A DNA stretch of 61,840 nt, the filler included, from Choristocarpus tenellus KU-1152 (taxonomy: Eukaryota; Protista; Phaeophyceae): assembly GCA_964200185.2 (NCBI GenBank). It is 9 parts of 9 records of this genome, joined end to end, with 100 filler letters (N's around TTAATTAATTAA, not from the genome) between each part and the next. Parts side by side here need not be neighbours in the genome. Positions count along the whole stretch, not along the records: positions 26,227 to 30,307 come from CAXNAD020016317.1; positions 30,408 to 34,275 come from CAXNAD020017491.1; positions 34,376 to 43,944 come from CAXNAD020003567.1; 6 more parts are not named here. The stretch is one strand, 5' to 3'. The notes under the pieces were generated by a model. That model did no database searches. It was given only the letters and a program-made list of their open reading frames with translations, and was not told where the DNA came from. A program made the translations under genes and the position numbers. Positions 26,127-38,278 of the stretch are shown piece after piece; the first letter of the stretch is position 1; every line of letters begins with the position of its first letter.

Positions 26127-26854
26127 NNNNNNNNNNNNNNNNNNNNNNNNNNNNNNNNNNNNNNNNNNNNTTAATTAATTAANNNNNNNNNNNNNNNNNN
26201 NNNNNNNNNNNNNNNNNNNNNNNNNNCGTACAATGTTGAGGTACTTTTGAAGACAACCTGGCTATGCTGAGCACTTTCTGGTTGGCCCTTTTATTGTAGG
26301 GTCATCTGTGCAGAAATACCCTAGGAGGTCAAGCATGTATTGTACTCTGTAGACGGTATGATATTGATGGTATTGTATACTACTATCATTGTTCATGGGT
26401 AGTATTGGGTCGGAGGTTTGTACGGTTGCAATTCTCAAATATGAAGATGTTAGAAAAAAACCTTGGACAGTTTCCACCACAATTGAGATGTCAACTACTA
26501 TCAAGATTACGTGCAGCCTTTGTTGAGATTTTTTTCCCTTGCAACACCCTAATTTTGTTTGTTATCCAAATGAGTGCTTTGTTGTGCAAAATGTTGCAAT
26601 AATCTGCTGAAAAAAGCTGCAGAACCTTCAAACAAAGATTCAAGTATCAAATAATTATAATGAAATAATACAATTCCCAGAATAATATGGACCGTGGAAG
26701 TTACAACGTGAGGGACATGTTGTGTTTGGGGAATTGCGTTCTTCTGTGCCGTGTGATGAACTCTATTGGTGAGGGTGGTGAGTTCTGATCTTCTCCCCCT
26801 TCATTGACAGACTCTCCGTCCCCCTTTGTTTTCTGTTGGTTGTGTTCTGGACAG

Positions 26855-27528
26855 GTGAAGTATCAGGTGTCGTCAAAGTTATATCGCTTCAACAAGGACA
26901 ATACAACATGGATTGACTTAGGGGAGGGCATCCTTCACTTGATGAGGGACACTGAAACGGATAAGCGGCGAATAGTGCTTAGGAATTACATTGGAAAGGT
27001 CAGTCTGGAGAGCAATGGGCAATTCACTTGCAGAGTGCTTGATTAAATGAAACCGTTACATGTGGCGAAGTGTAGTATGGTATTATATATTTGTGTGCAC
27101 GATCACCATTTGAATAAGTGGTCAAATTTTGGTTGTAACCATGCAATCTCTTCTCAGTGGAAGACTTCCTATATTGTTCATGTCTTTGTCATGTATTATT
27201 CATGTCTTTGTCATAATGGCGGCCCGCCTGAAAATAAACCCTAATTAGGATGCCGTGCATGATGTGCCCTCAAGCAGGATAGTAATGTCTGACCTGACCT
27301 GTGAATTCCCATTGTTAGCATATGTTCTTTAAACGGATGAACCAGGTGTTGCTCAATGTGGCAGCTTATCAGGGTATGAAGTTGATGGAGTGTGAAGAAA
27401 ATAACTCAATCAGATTTCTGGCAAATGTAGGGGGCAGTGGGTCTACAAGCTTGATGCTGAGGGTAAGGGCGGAGCACTTCAAAGCTTTGCACTCCCACTT
27501 GCTGAAGCTCATTCCCGGGGGGGGATGA
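26855..27528 (+). CDS. Ran-binding domain (RanBP1/Nup50-like) protein, last two exons
   Basis: Exons 26855-26998 (VKYQVSSKLYRFNKDNTTWIDLGEGILHLMRDTETDKRRIVLRNYIGK) and 27346-27528 (VLLNVAAYQGMK...*), GT-AG, phase 0. KLYRF, WxxxGxG and RxxxR...GKVLLN are RanBD motifs. Confidence 0.82.
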
Positions 27529-30170
27529 CAGGCTCCAATTTTGTCTGTTGAGTTTGTTTAGGATTTGTTTTGCATAATTTTGGGAAAAGATCGTGTGTTC
27601 CAAGAAATAGACAGTATTTGGTTTGGTATTTGGTATGATGTTCTGTTTTTTTTCTCTTGTATGTTTTCTACATTCTTTTCTAATCTGACCTCTACAGCTT
27701 ATGTCCACAATAACAATAACTCCCCATCCTTCAAACACTCCATAGTATTTTGGCCATTTCCAGGAGATGAAGAGAAGCTCGACACAGATACTAGGGCAGA
27801 CTCATCTTGTGCTGTGTTAGTGGATAATGCAGAAGAGATTTATGGTCTCGTGTTGTCTTTGAGGTGACACGTGATGGAAAGGAATAACTGAAAGGTACAA
27901 TCAAAGGTCTGCAATCTTTTGACTTGTGTGTGTGCTTCTTATCACTGCTGCCCCCCTTTAGGGTAGTGTACCTATCTTGTCTTGTCTCGTCTTCTACCTA
28001 CCCATTGTGAAATTCTGTTGTGACTTAGTCACGTTATTGAACCAAGCTTGATGCCTTCTTGTGGGAGAGGCAAGTGCGCCGTTGGTTGGGCCTATTGTGT
28101 CATTAGAGATCTAGTTATATGGTAATGTGAACAAGGTGTAAATGTTCTCTCTGGTGCTAAATATTTGCATCCTCATTGGCGATGGTGCACAATCTCTGAT
28201 GAGGACCTTTGATAGTTTTCTCTGGAGGAGATGATTGTCCTAAATATTCATATCTAAAACATTGTTCTTACTATACTCCGAGCACACAACCATGCTCTAA
28301 TGGTACTATTACTCTTCACTCCATGTTGGCTGTACAAGAGTGCACTAGTACAATAGGTTTGATTGGTTAGCCTTGCTGTCACCTTGTTCTATGGTAAAGG
28401 CGGTTGGAAGAGGTGACCACCATGAGACTCGCGGTTGATTGTGTGCAGTATATCTTATGACATGAAGTATTGATAATACATGGTTGGATCTGGTGTGAGT
28501 ATTCGATGGAGCAGTGTTGCTGGAACCGAAAGCACAGTACACAGTATGAGCACCCCCTTACGCAAAATCTGAAATAATCAATTAGGGCAATGAGTTGGTT
28601 GCTGATTGGAGTTGCAAATACCTTGAAAAAAACACTTTTATTACTTGTAGAAGATACGACTGTTGTCTTACACACAAATTCTTGCAGTTGACAAAAGGGA
28701 AGTATGAGAGTACCTAGTATCTGAATGAACCGATAGAAACGTCATCACCCCTCATTGGCACGTCCATCTAGGTGTGGTAAGCTAAGGTAAGATGGGGCAG
28801 GTGCACAATCTGTTGTGCTTGCCACCTGGACTTTGGATCATTGAAACCATGTTTCCAAAAAATGTGAAAGTGGTGTCAGGGAGGTCTGGTTAAGCCTGCG
28901 AAATTCATGGAAGGAACAGTATCCAACAGTATCCAATAATCACTCGGCTATGAGGATTCTCTTTGCACTACAGTATTCCTTCTTATTCTACCCACTTCAC
29001 AAAATTGGACGTAGACTAGAGATGAACATAAACTTCTGTTTGCAAAAACGTTTAAAACCTACCTACCCTTTTTGTACCTGCTCCATGCCTTCCAAAATGG
29101 GTTGCAAAGTTACACCCATTCGAGTCGATCTTGAACATCTTCAGAGTACAGTTTTTCAGTTGTGGTACTCTTGGACTATTTTTCATGCATCACACTGTAG
29201 TACATATTGTACTGAATAACAGGATTAAGTGTCCAGGTCCATGTGAGCATGATAAGAACGGTAAGAGAAATAACCCTCTCCAACAATGTAACTTCAGAGA
29301 AGTGGTCTTTTAAAATAAGTAATACTGTAGCTAAAAAATTACGTTGTGCTAGTCAGAGTGTATATTTTCATCCTTCTGTGTTGAGATGAATGCTCACCTT
29401 TTCGGATCGGTAAAATATGGCGCTTTGTGGATGATTCCTCAAATTCAAAAATGAATTTCTCTGTTACTTTGACATCCTCTGACAGGGTTGTCAGTCATAT
29501 CACAAATAGCGAGACTAACGAAATTGTCATCCCTCCATTTACTGACATGCCAGAAACATCACATCCTAGAAAAACAACAATGACCCGAGGGGCATTGATG
29601 ATTTACACTTTCTCTTTCCCATCCTTCCCCTTCTACCCTTGCCCCCTTCCCATATACTCCGGAGTATATGCATGCCTTCGTTACGATCTCCCTCTCTCCG
29701 TCTATTCGTGCGTCTGACAAATTCCACACTGACAACAGTTGATCATGAATCCGGGTGAAATATATCAGTGATCCAGAGTTGTAGGACAGAGGGTTTCAGG
29801 GACGGAATCACATACAGGTGTAGGCCTCCCGATTTTGATTGAGAGTTTTGCGGGCAACCCTTTTTAGTGTCTACATAATACACCCATAAGATAATAACAT
29901 GTGCAAAAAAAAACTTGCTTCTTCACTTGGGGCTGCAAAGGTTATGTTATATTTAATTCCTAGCGAAGGAAGTATTCCTTTTGGTCTGACATCATGTCCA
30001 AAATAATGGATTTGCTTTCACCCAAATTGAGCCTTGACTGGATTTAACGAAACCCCCATGGTTTGTAAGGTTGATAGCGCTGCAATAATTCATTATTTGT
30101 GGTGTTCCTAAGGCGGAGAGACCAATACAAAATAGTCGAAGTATACCAATAACTCAGAGTTACGACCAAT

Positions 30171-30307
30171 GAGTGAAACTATCTTAGAGGGTACGAATTT
30201 TCCCCTGTTTGTCCATTTGTGGGGCTTGGCTTTCCATGGGTTTTTTATGACATTTTCCGACTCCAAAATGCTTCGGAGTAGGTAAAATGTATACGTTATG
30301 AAAGGTG
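30171..30307 (-). mobile_element. MITE family A, partial (truncated by linker)
   Basis: GAGTGAAACTATCTTAGAGGGTACGAA... plus the internal hairpin. Confidence 0.88.
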
Positions 30308-30407
30308 NNNNNNNNNNNNNNNNNNNNNNNNNNNNNNNNNNNNNNNNNNNNTTAATTAATTAANNNNNNNNNNNNNNNNNNNNNNNNNNNNNNNNNNNNN
30401 NNNNNNN

Positions 30408-30476
30408 CCAAAATCGCTACAAAAAAAAATGGCCCCAAATGGACAGCCGTCACCCCACCCCCAGATACTTTGAGCC
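30408..30476 (-). mobile_element. MITE family B end
   Basis: CCCCAAATGGACAGCC...CCAGATACTTTGAGCC. Confidence 0.85.
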
Positions 30477-32221
30477 AAACGAGTACTGTGTAACACTCAG
30501 TGCAATGCTAGATGATGGAAAAGTGCGAGTAGTGTGGCACAGCAGCATGATCGAATCGCGAAATGGACCATATGGTCGCGACACTGACGCTGAGAGAATG
30601 TGCATTGAAAGCACTACCACACAAGCGTGGTCGGAACTTCAACTGCTGCGGAGCAGTGCTCTGCAGTCTCTGCCGCATTGGGAAAATAGGAAGAGAGCGG
30701 CGAGTCCATCACCAGGTAGTACAGGGACGAGGTCTGTGGGGAAGCCTGGTCATGGTGGGCAAAGGGAGAACCAGGGGTGGCCGACCGAAGGGAAGGTTGG
30801 GGAGGAGAGCAGTGCAACTGCGTGCCATTGCGCTCAGGAAAGGCCTAAGTGAAAACCCCAGTGTAGAATATCTTAGTAGTTGACAGTTGCAGCAGGCCCT
30901 GGCTGCTTGAAAGCTATGTGAGCTGGAGTGGCTTAAGGAAACGAGAAAGAATGTGTTAGGGTTGGGCTACAAGGACTCTGATGCCCGAAAGAAGGTCGAA
31001 AGGGCTTGCAAGGTGGAGGAGAAAGCGATCGTAACAAAGGCAGCTCTGGAGACTTTTCGATACCACCAAATCCTTTAACTCAAGGAGGTCGCGAAGCAGG
31101 TGGAGGTATAGCCATCGATGAGGACGCCAAGGAAGAAGAGGAGGTGAGATTGAGACTATTTGCACACCAATGGTTTAGTGTGAAAGGTATTGCAAGATGC
31201 CATACATTCACTGTTGTTCCTGGACTTGGGATTGGATATATAAATTTGATCAAGGCTTTCTCCCAGCCTGTATTCATTCGAGAAATCAACACCATTTTCG
31301 ATCAACTCAAGCCTGTCCTTCCTCACCCTGGCACCTTGATGATAAAATATCACCCGCCCAGGAAACACGGACAACGCCCATTTCCGGTACTCAACAAGGA
31401 AATGTGATAGTAAAGGCTCTCACACTGCGAATCCTGTACCTGTGTATGAACGACGGGAAAGACCGTCAAATGTCGCTCGAGATGGCAGCAGGATATGCGA
31501 TGGTCAGACTGGAAACTGTGAGTAAATGGGAGAGAGACTTCCTAACTAGGGCCTCATCAAGGTGTCGGAGCAAGGGCGCTACGAAAGGCGTTTCCTTCTG
31601 GGCCTCGACGAGGACATCCTTGCCGAGGTCAGAGAGTGGGTGCGCGAACAGACATAAAGAAAGGGCGGGGAGACTTTTTTCTCACCTAAGCCCTACACTT
31701 TAATCAAGCAATAGTGCATCTGTTGCAACTCTTGGTGACCACAATCCACGGTTCGAACCCCAATATGAGCGCAAAAAATGGCGAGTCCCGTACTCTGGAA
31801 GGTCTTGTGATGGGCATCACGAATGTGCTTTTAATTTTTTTATCCGTTGTCTGCATCAAACGTTATGACGGGACAGCCCCGGAGGGCAAAGCTACTGGTG
31901 CCACTTCAGTATATAGTCCCGTCATAACGTTTGATGTAGACAACGGATAAAAAAAATAAAAGCACATTCGTGATGCCCGTCACAAGACCTTCCAGGGTAC
32001 GGGACTCGCCATTTTTTGTCTTGAACAAAGACTGCAGAGCACTGCTCCGCAGCAGTTGAAGTTCCGACCACCCTTGTGTGGTGGTGCTTTCAATGCACAT
32101 TCTCTCAGCGTCAGTGTCGCGACCATATGGTCCATTTCGCGATTCGATCATGCTGCTGTGCCACACTACTCGCACTTTCCCGTCACCTAGCATCGCACTG
32201 AGTGTTACACGGTACTTGTTT
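30477..32221. mobile_element. Degenerate DNA-transposon fragment (IS630/Tc1-like, DGHER-type) followed by an inverted, internally deleted copy (foldback)
   Basis: 30477-30669 is inverted at 32029-32221, and 31772-31874 is inverted at 31916-32018. Frameshifted peptides: GRPKG (AT-hook-like), TVSKWERDF, LDEDILAEVREWVR and CDGHHE. Confidence 0.55.
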
Positions 32222-34100
32222 TTCTGTTGCCTCTCGATAGAGAAGGTGCCGAGGGTAGATCTAGGGGGTAGAGTGACCTTGGCAGCTCTCCTTGTCTCAC
32301 CATCGCGGTCCATGTTGCTGTGTGGGTCACCCTTGTGTGTGCTCACAATCGTTCCTGAAATAGCGCTAAAAAGATGTCCGCAAATCTTTCTTTTTGTTCG
32401 GTATTGCCACAAGCACCGTGTTTGGGCAGCGGCCTAACCTGCATCAGGTGTTTGTGGGGAATTCAGCCAACCACTTCATTTTTGGACCTTTTGAGGTTGT
32501 GACCACACCAAAATTGCGCTGGAGATGTTCCTCCACGTTTTTACCATTATTTGATCGGGGCATCGCTCCTGTTCACCGAAGTTTGTGTATTCATGGCATA
32601 CAAACGTTCGAAGGCTCTTCTCATCAGCATTCATTTGGTATATATATTGTTGTGTACTTTTTGAGGCAATACAGTGACAAAAGGCAAGATTTCTCCAGAG
32701 GGGTAAGCTACTGGTACCACTTTAACAGTGATAATCTGCCAGGGCTGGGTAGATTGGGGAGGTACAGCCCGTCCAGAACCTCCTGAATATCACACCCTGG
32801 AAGCACATGATGCTGGAGGAACACCAAGACGGACCCAGTATGAGATCACCAGTCACCTTAACCGGGTCCCCTTCGATGCCTTCACAACTCACATAACAAA
32901 CCTCTGTGCAGATCCCAGGCCTTGGAATTAATTTTCTGGAATAACTTTAGTACTTCACAGGAGCAGTCCAGTGTGGGTAAGGGGTCAATACGTAGGCATC
33001 AACTCAACACCTCGACCCCGTAAGGCGCATCTCCTCCCTAGAATTCCGCCTTACTGTGAACCGATCCTTAGGGGTAGAAGAGGCACTGTCCAGCTGGTGT
33101 CAGAGGTTCTTTGTACACACTTGTAATATTTTTGGAGGTGGCGCCCAGTATAAAGGAACCTTGTGCTCAAGGGAGTGGGGGCTGAGGCAGGCAGGGATAG
33201 GGCAAGTGCACAGTACACTGTCCTACCGCGCAGCCGATGAGGCTCATGCAAACTGCCTAGGAATCAGCTCTAGGTGACTCTGGGCTAAGGGAACAAGTTC
33301 TGGTGGTCCATTAGCTCGATACAGAGGAGAGGGTACGGTCCAACGCAGCAATCCCTACTGCTGGATGTGACCTTCGCAGAGGTCCGAGTGGACTGCCACC
33401 TACAAGACTCGTCTTCGAGCAATGGCGTCGCTTCTGCTGCTGGAGAGATCCCAAAGCCCTGTCACTACGAGGGATATTTTGACTTTCACAGTTTTAACCT
33501 CAACACATTTCCGTAGGAAGCTTGAGCATCTTGGTCCTCAAGCAGAGCAATTCCTGAATGGACTCTGTCGAATCATTGAGTGGTTGGTAAGGGGACTGGA
33601 GAGTTTCTGTGCAATATAGGCTGGTAGTCTATATGGTTTACATGTGTTTAGTGGCCACTACTAGACAACAGATGTGTTGACTAAGTGGAACAAGTGTCAT
33701 TGCCTTGTTTTTGTGTGCTTAGAGTAATAGATTGGAATCTCAGATTATTGATTTCTTATTACTTGATATAAATGGATTGATGGAGGATTACTGACGTAGT
33801 ACTAGCTACATAGGATAAGTGACATAGTACGACCAACGGTAGGACACATTTTGATGCGTCAGCTGATGTGTCAGCTGGCGCGTGCAATAAGATAATAAGA
33901 GAGAGCACCCCCCACCTCAATGGATAGTGCTCACTCCGCTAATAAATACATCCATATAACATAATGCGAAGACTCTATTGGAATAGTTCTCTTTTGCATA
34001 GTCTCCCTGGAAGGGAGGAGTGAAGACACGCACGGGACAGATTGTGTCCACCATAACTCAAGTGGCGATCTCAAGGCGTATGTTGATTTTAAGCCGTAGA

Positions 34101-34275
34101 GACCCAAAGTATCTGGGGGCAGGGGGCGGTCTACACCAGGGTGTCCATTTGGGTCAAAACCAGGAAAAGTGTTGGCCTCCCACCATGCTCTATAGACTTC
34201 AGAGTGAAAGTATCTTAGAGGGTACAAGTTTTGCCCTGTTTGTCCATTTGGGGCTTGGCTTCCCATGGGTTTTTT
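34101..34275 (-). mobile_element. MITE family B long-spacer end (34101) followed by a family A end (34202)
   Basis: GACCCAAAGTATCTGGGGG...GGTGTCCATTTGGG, then GAGTGAAAGTATCTTAGAGGGTAC. Confidence 0.85.
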
Positions 34276-34414
34276 NNNNNNNNNNNNNNNNNNNNNNNNN
34301 NNNNNNNNNNNNNNNNNNNTTAATTAATTAANNNNNNNNNNNNNNNNNNNNNNNNNNNNNNNNNNNNNNNNNNNNAAAAAAACAGGCACAGTGTGGGTGT
34401 CAAAACACAAAAAT

Positions 34415-34595
34415 GACTCAAAGAATCTGGGGGGGGGGGGGGGAGTGGCGACTGTCCATTCAGGACCCATTTTTCCATGTCTCGATTTAGGGTGGTTTGG
34501 TTGCACGCGTTAGATCGATGATGTGTTTCCACTTCTCCTGGTCAGGGCCCCAATGGAAACCCTGGAGTAGACCCCCTCCCCAGATATTTTGAGCG
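34415..34595 (+). mobile_element. MITE family B, full copy
   Basis: GACTCAAAGAATCTGGGG ... CCCAGATATTTTGAGCG; AAT duplicated. Confidence 0.87.
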
Positions 34596-35875
34596 AATCT
34601 CTTGGATCGCCTTGATGTTGAATATTGAACATTTTTGTCACCTCAACAAACCTGGGGGCTACAAGCACGTAACTAATACTGTCCCTTCAGCTCCACTCTA
34701 CTTCTATTACGAGTTCTCTTGTCCCCAGAATATGAAATAATAATTGATACCGACCTCTATCTCATCGATGATATCAGCCATGCGTGAGTGTATGTTTGTA
34801 ATGCATGTGTGTGTATCACCAGTCTTTGTCAGAGTACTCCTTCACAATTCAATTGTCGAACACTTATACACAGGCAGTTTGTCAAGATTATGCTTTAAAT
34901 TCATCTGGGAAAAATGCTTGTTAGGAACACAATCAGATTGGATAACGGGATAGTCGATACTAATCTCTCGGTTGAGTAACCAAGAGAACATAATCCGGGT
35001 TATTACAGTACCATAAGAAGAATCCTAGAAAAGGAATGTTGTAGCAAGTAACGCAGATTGAGTGATGAGATATTAGTGATCAGGGATGAGTAAAAGGTCT
35101 ACCACCCCCCCCGCTTGCGTAGTGTTTCTCACTCCAACTTTCTACCTACTACAACATAACTGAGAAGAAATTAATCTACATATTTCATATCAAGACTTGG
35201 GATCCTACACACTCTTTAACACAGTCTCATGGCATGAAAATATGTGTGCTGTGTCATTTCCGTGCAGGAGCTTTGACTTGATGGGTGATACCACTACTGC
35301 ATGCTTTCATATAGTATTATCTTGGTGTGGGTTTCGCTAAGCATCAAACATGGTACACAGTTTATATATGTATATGTTTGGGCTATATTTGTGGATGTTT
35401 GTACAATACGCTCCATAAGTATGTAGGTTACACACGATGTACTGGATACCGAGTGCTACATAGTGAACGTAACAACTATCATCCTACTTGGTTGTCCTTC
35501 TTTGTAGCGGTAGCTAGTAGAGACTGATACTACATGCCATTCAATCGCTTGATACGCACACACAAATCTACTACACGAGGTTGGCAATCTTAGTAGTACT
35601 ATACTATTAATGGATAGTTTCACTGGCAGTGGGGCCTTCACTGAAGTAGTAGTAATAGCAGTGGTAGACTATAAAGTATCATACTTCCATTCTTGTTGTA
35701 GTTTCTTTTTTTGCGGCCATTCCAATCACTAATAGATCAACAGTACTATGAGGGGTGCTATAGTTGCATCAAGTAGCGGATGAAAACACGCAGAAAGACC
35801 ATATGGGTGAGGAGGGAGTGAATATGATGCACCGCACAAGCACACAAACCTCGTATTGATTCTGACAGACAAGTA

Positions 35876-37570
35876 CCTTCTCGTGTCAAATGTCTCCAGA
35901 AATGCAACACAAGGGATCCACACACACTCGAGACCTGCTAGACTAAGCCTGCTTCGACTGGGCTCGTACCCAGCAACAAACTCCATGCGGACACCAAAAC
36001 TGCGTAGGATATAGTGTACAACAAAGAATTAGGTCACTCACAAGACTGGATTGAAAAATATATCTGTTACCAATCTGTGTGCTACAGCCTGCAACGCGCA
36101 GGTAGAGGAAGATGCTTGCTTGGGTGCTATGTGGGAAGGGAATTGAATGGTATCCAGTCTAGTACATTATCTACAGCTTAACAAGGGTTCCTTCCTACCT
36201 AGTCTCGAAGCTGCAAGTTCTCTATTTCTCAACGCCCTAGCAAGGAGCAGAAATCTATCGACTGCTGCCGTTCCAGGGCTTCCTGTAGCATGGGGTAGAT
36301 CATGCAACACAATCAACAATGATTTGGGGAAGGTGGCAAGGATTTCATGCGGTTCCGCCCTTGCTCTCAACAATATTATCTTGTGTGTGCTACGGTTAGG
36401 TTCAACCACATACACATCAATATATTGATAATCACGAGCCCCTTCTCCAACAGCTATCAGACAATAATAGAGGCTTGTAAGCTCACCAGTCCCATCCTCT
36501 GAAAGCACTCCCAGAGTGGCCTCGATCTCGTTCCAATGAGAGACTCCGTCTCCAGTGGTGTCGTCGTAATTTAAGAGAGATGTTTCGGTAATGGCTGTAC
36601 CTCCACTGGACATGGCCTGCACAGGGTGGTTTATTATCAGTAACAGAGAGTTCACAGGGTGGGTGTAAGTGCCTGGAGAAGTAATTCAGTTGAGGTTGGG
36701 TTATTTGGTGTAAGGACAACGATCTATTTTCAACATCTCGACCAGTGCCGGCCTCAGGGGGGCGACATGGCCTAGGGCTGAGGGTCTGAGGGTTTGAGGG
36801 CCTGAGGGCCTGAGGGCCTGAGGACGAAACAAATGAAACAACCTCAAACAACTGGGAGCATATGGACGGAAATTGTGGATGCCGAGGGGTGGGAAGCGTA
36901 AAAGGCAGAACGAAGCCCCAGACGTTTCTTTGTGGTAGATACGTTTCTATTACGTTCTCTCATGAACACATCTTGACATTGTTTGAACCATAATGATGAC
37001 AATCCTCCCTAACCCTCACCTCCACCATCATCACTAGTGTAATCAATCACAAACAACAGCCTCACCTCCGACAGTGCCCTCAGTGCAACCACCTCCCCCT
37101 CGGAGAAGAAGGATGGTGTGCACATCGTTGGCATGTGATTGTCCTTACCTCGAGGCCAGAGGCATGTGGGGGAAGTTCCATCCGCTCGTCTCAAGTTTGC
37201 CCATTCCCAAATGTTGGTGGGCATGTAAGGACAGGCATCACGCACCGATACTGCACTCCAGGGAAAATATCATAGTGAAAACAGAGGAAAAAAAGGCGAG
37301 GGGTGGAGGGAGGATTCCCCACAAGTTAGAGAGTGTGACATCTTGCAACATGTAACAGAAACACGATGTATTGCTGTTGAGGGCGGAGAGGTGGACAAGG
37401 AATGGAAAAGGGCTGGGCGAGATCCATTTTTTTTTTGAGCGCTGAAGGGAAACGCATTTCTGTACGCACCACCCCTTCCGACTGAGGCAAAGGTACACAC
37501 ATCTTCAACTGAGTGGTCAAACGAGTACCCCGCCCCTCCCTCCACCGCTGGTCCACAAACTCAACCCCAT
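35876..37570 (-). CDS. Probable 3' exons of the phosphatase gene (boundaries uncertain)
   Basis: Exon-like segments with AG/GT ends on the minus strand: ~37250-37149 DACPYMPTNIWEW; ~36617-36487 AMSSGGTAITE...EDGT; ~35997-35878. No recognisable motif. Confidence 0.35.
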
Positions 37571-37640
37571 AGAAGCATACTCCCAACTAAACATGAAAAA
37601 TGCTCTGTATGGAAAAAAGTCACCATACAGAGACAAAGAA

Positions 37641-37896
37641 GAGTCAAAGTATTTTAGAGGGTAGAACCTCGTCCGTTTGGGGGCCAAATTCAATGTTTCG
37701 ATTTTGATGTAATTTTGGCTATCGAGTTGGTTAGGAAGTGTCAATATCCTTGTTCCGGACACACATTTCATAACGTACATATTTTACCTACTCCGAAACA
37801 TTTCGGAGTAGGAAAACGTCATAAAAAATCTGTGGGAAGCCAAACCCTAAATGGACAAAGAGGGCAAAATTCGTACCCTCTAAGATGTTTTCACTC
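37641..37896 (+). mobile_element. MITE family A, full copy, 4-bp TSD AGAA
   Basis: TIRs plus AGAA on both sides. Confidence 0.93.
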
Positions 37897-38278
37897 AGAA
37901 ATAGTCATGTGCCAAAATGTATACTTTGAAGTTAATTGAAAAGCATACCACAAATAAGAAGATGGCAACAAATACTAGGTCAGACAAGAATAGAGCTCAA
38001 GCGTTGTCAATTCATTGCCCTTCCTTATGCAGTGACCCTACAACACTGATATAATGAACATAACAACAGCCATTCTTGCAGCTAGTGGTGGGTGTGGTGA
38101 AGTATGACTTGCTCACTTATCAGCTATATCCTATAGGGCGCTACAGGGGCAAGAGACCACGGGTGACAATCGTTCAAACCACTTCAAAACAATATCACCT
38201 ACCCTACCCTATCAACCCATATATTGCTCTTCCTTTGGCTGTATGGTGATAATTGAGTAGTCTTATTGAACCCTGTAC

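Noticed and set aside
11015-27528. HET-like, PhyH, Sola2 and RanBD genes as a functional cluster
   Set aside because: They lie on different contigs joined by artificial linkers, so physical linkage is unsupported.
32730-33620. Possible LINE C-terminal (zf-RVT-like) relic
   Set aside because: Only a vague P.CW motif is present, with no RT or endonuclease motif I can support.
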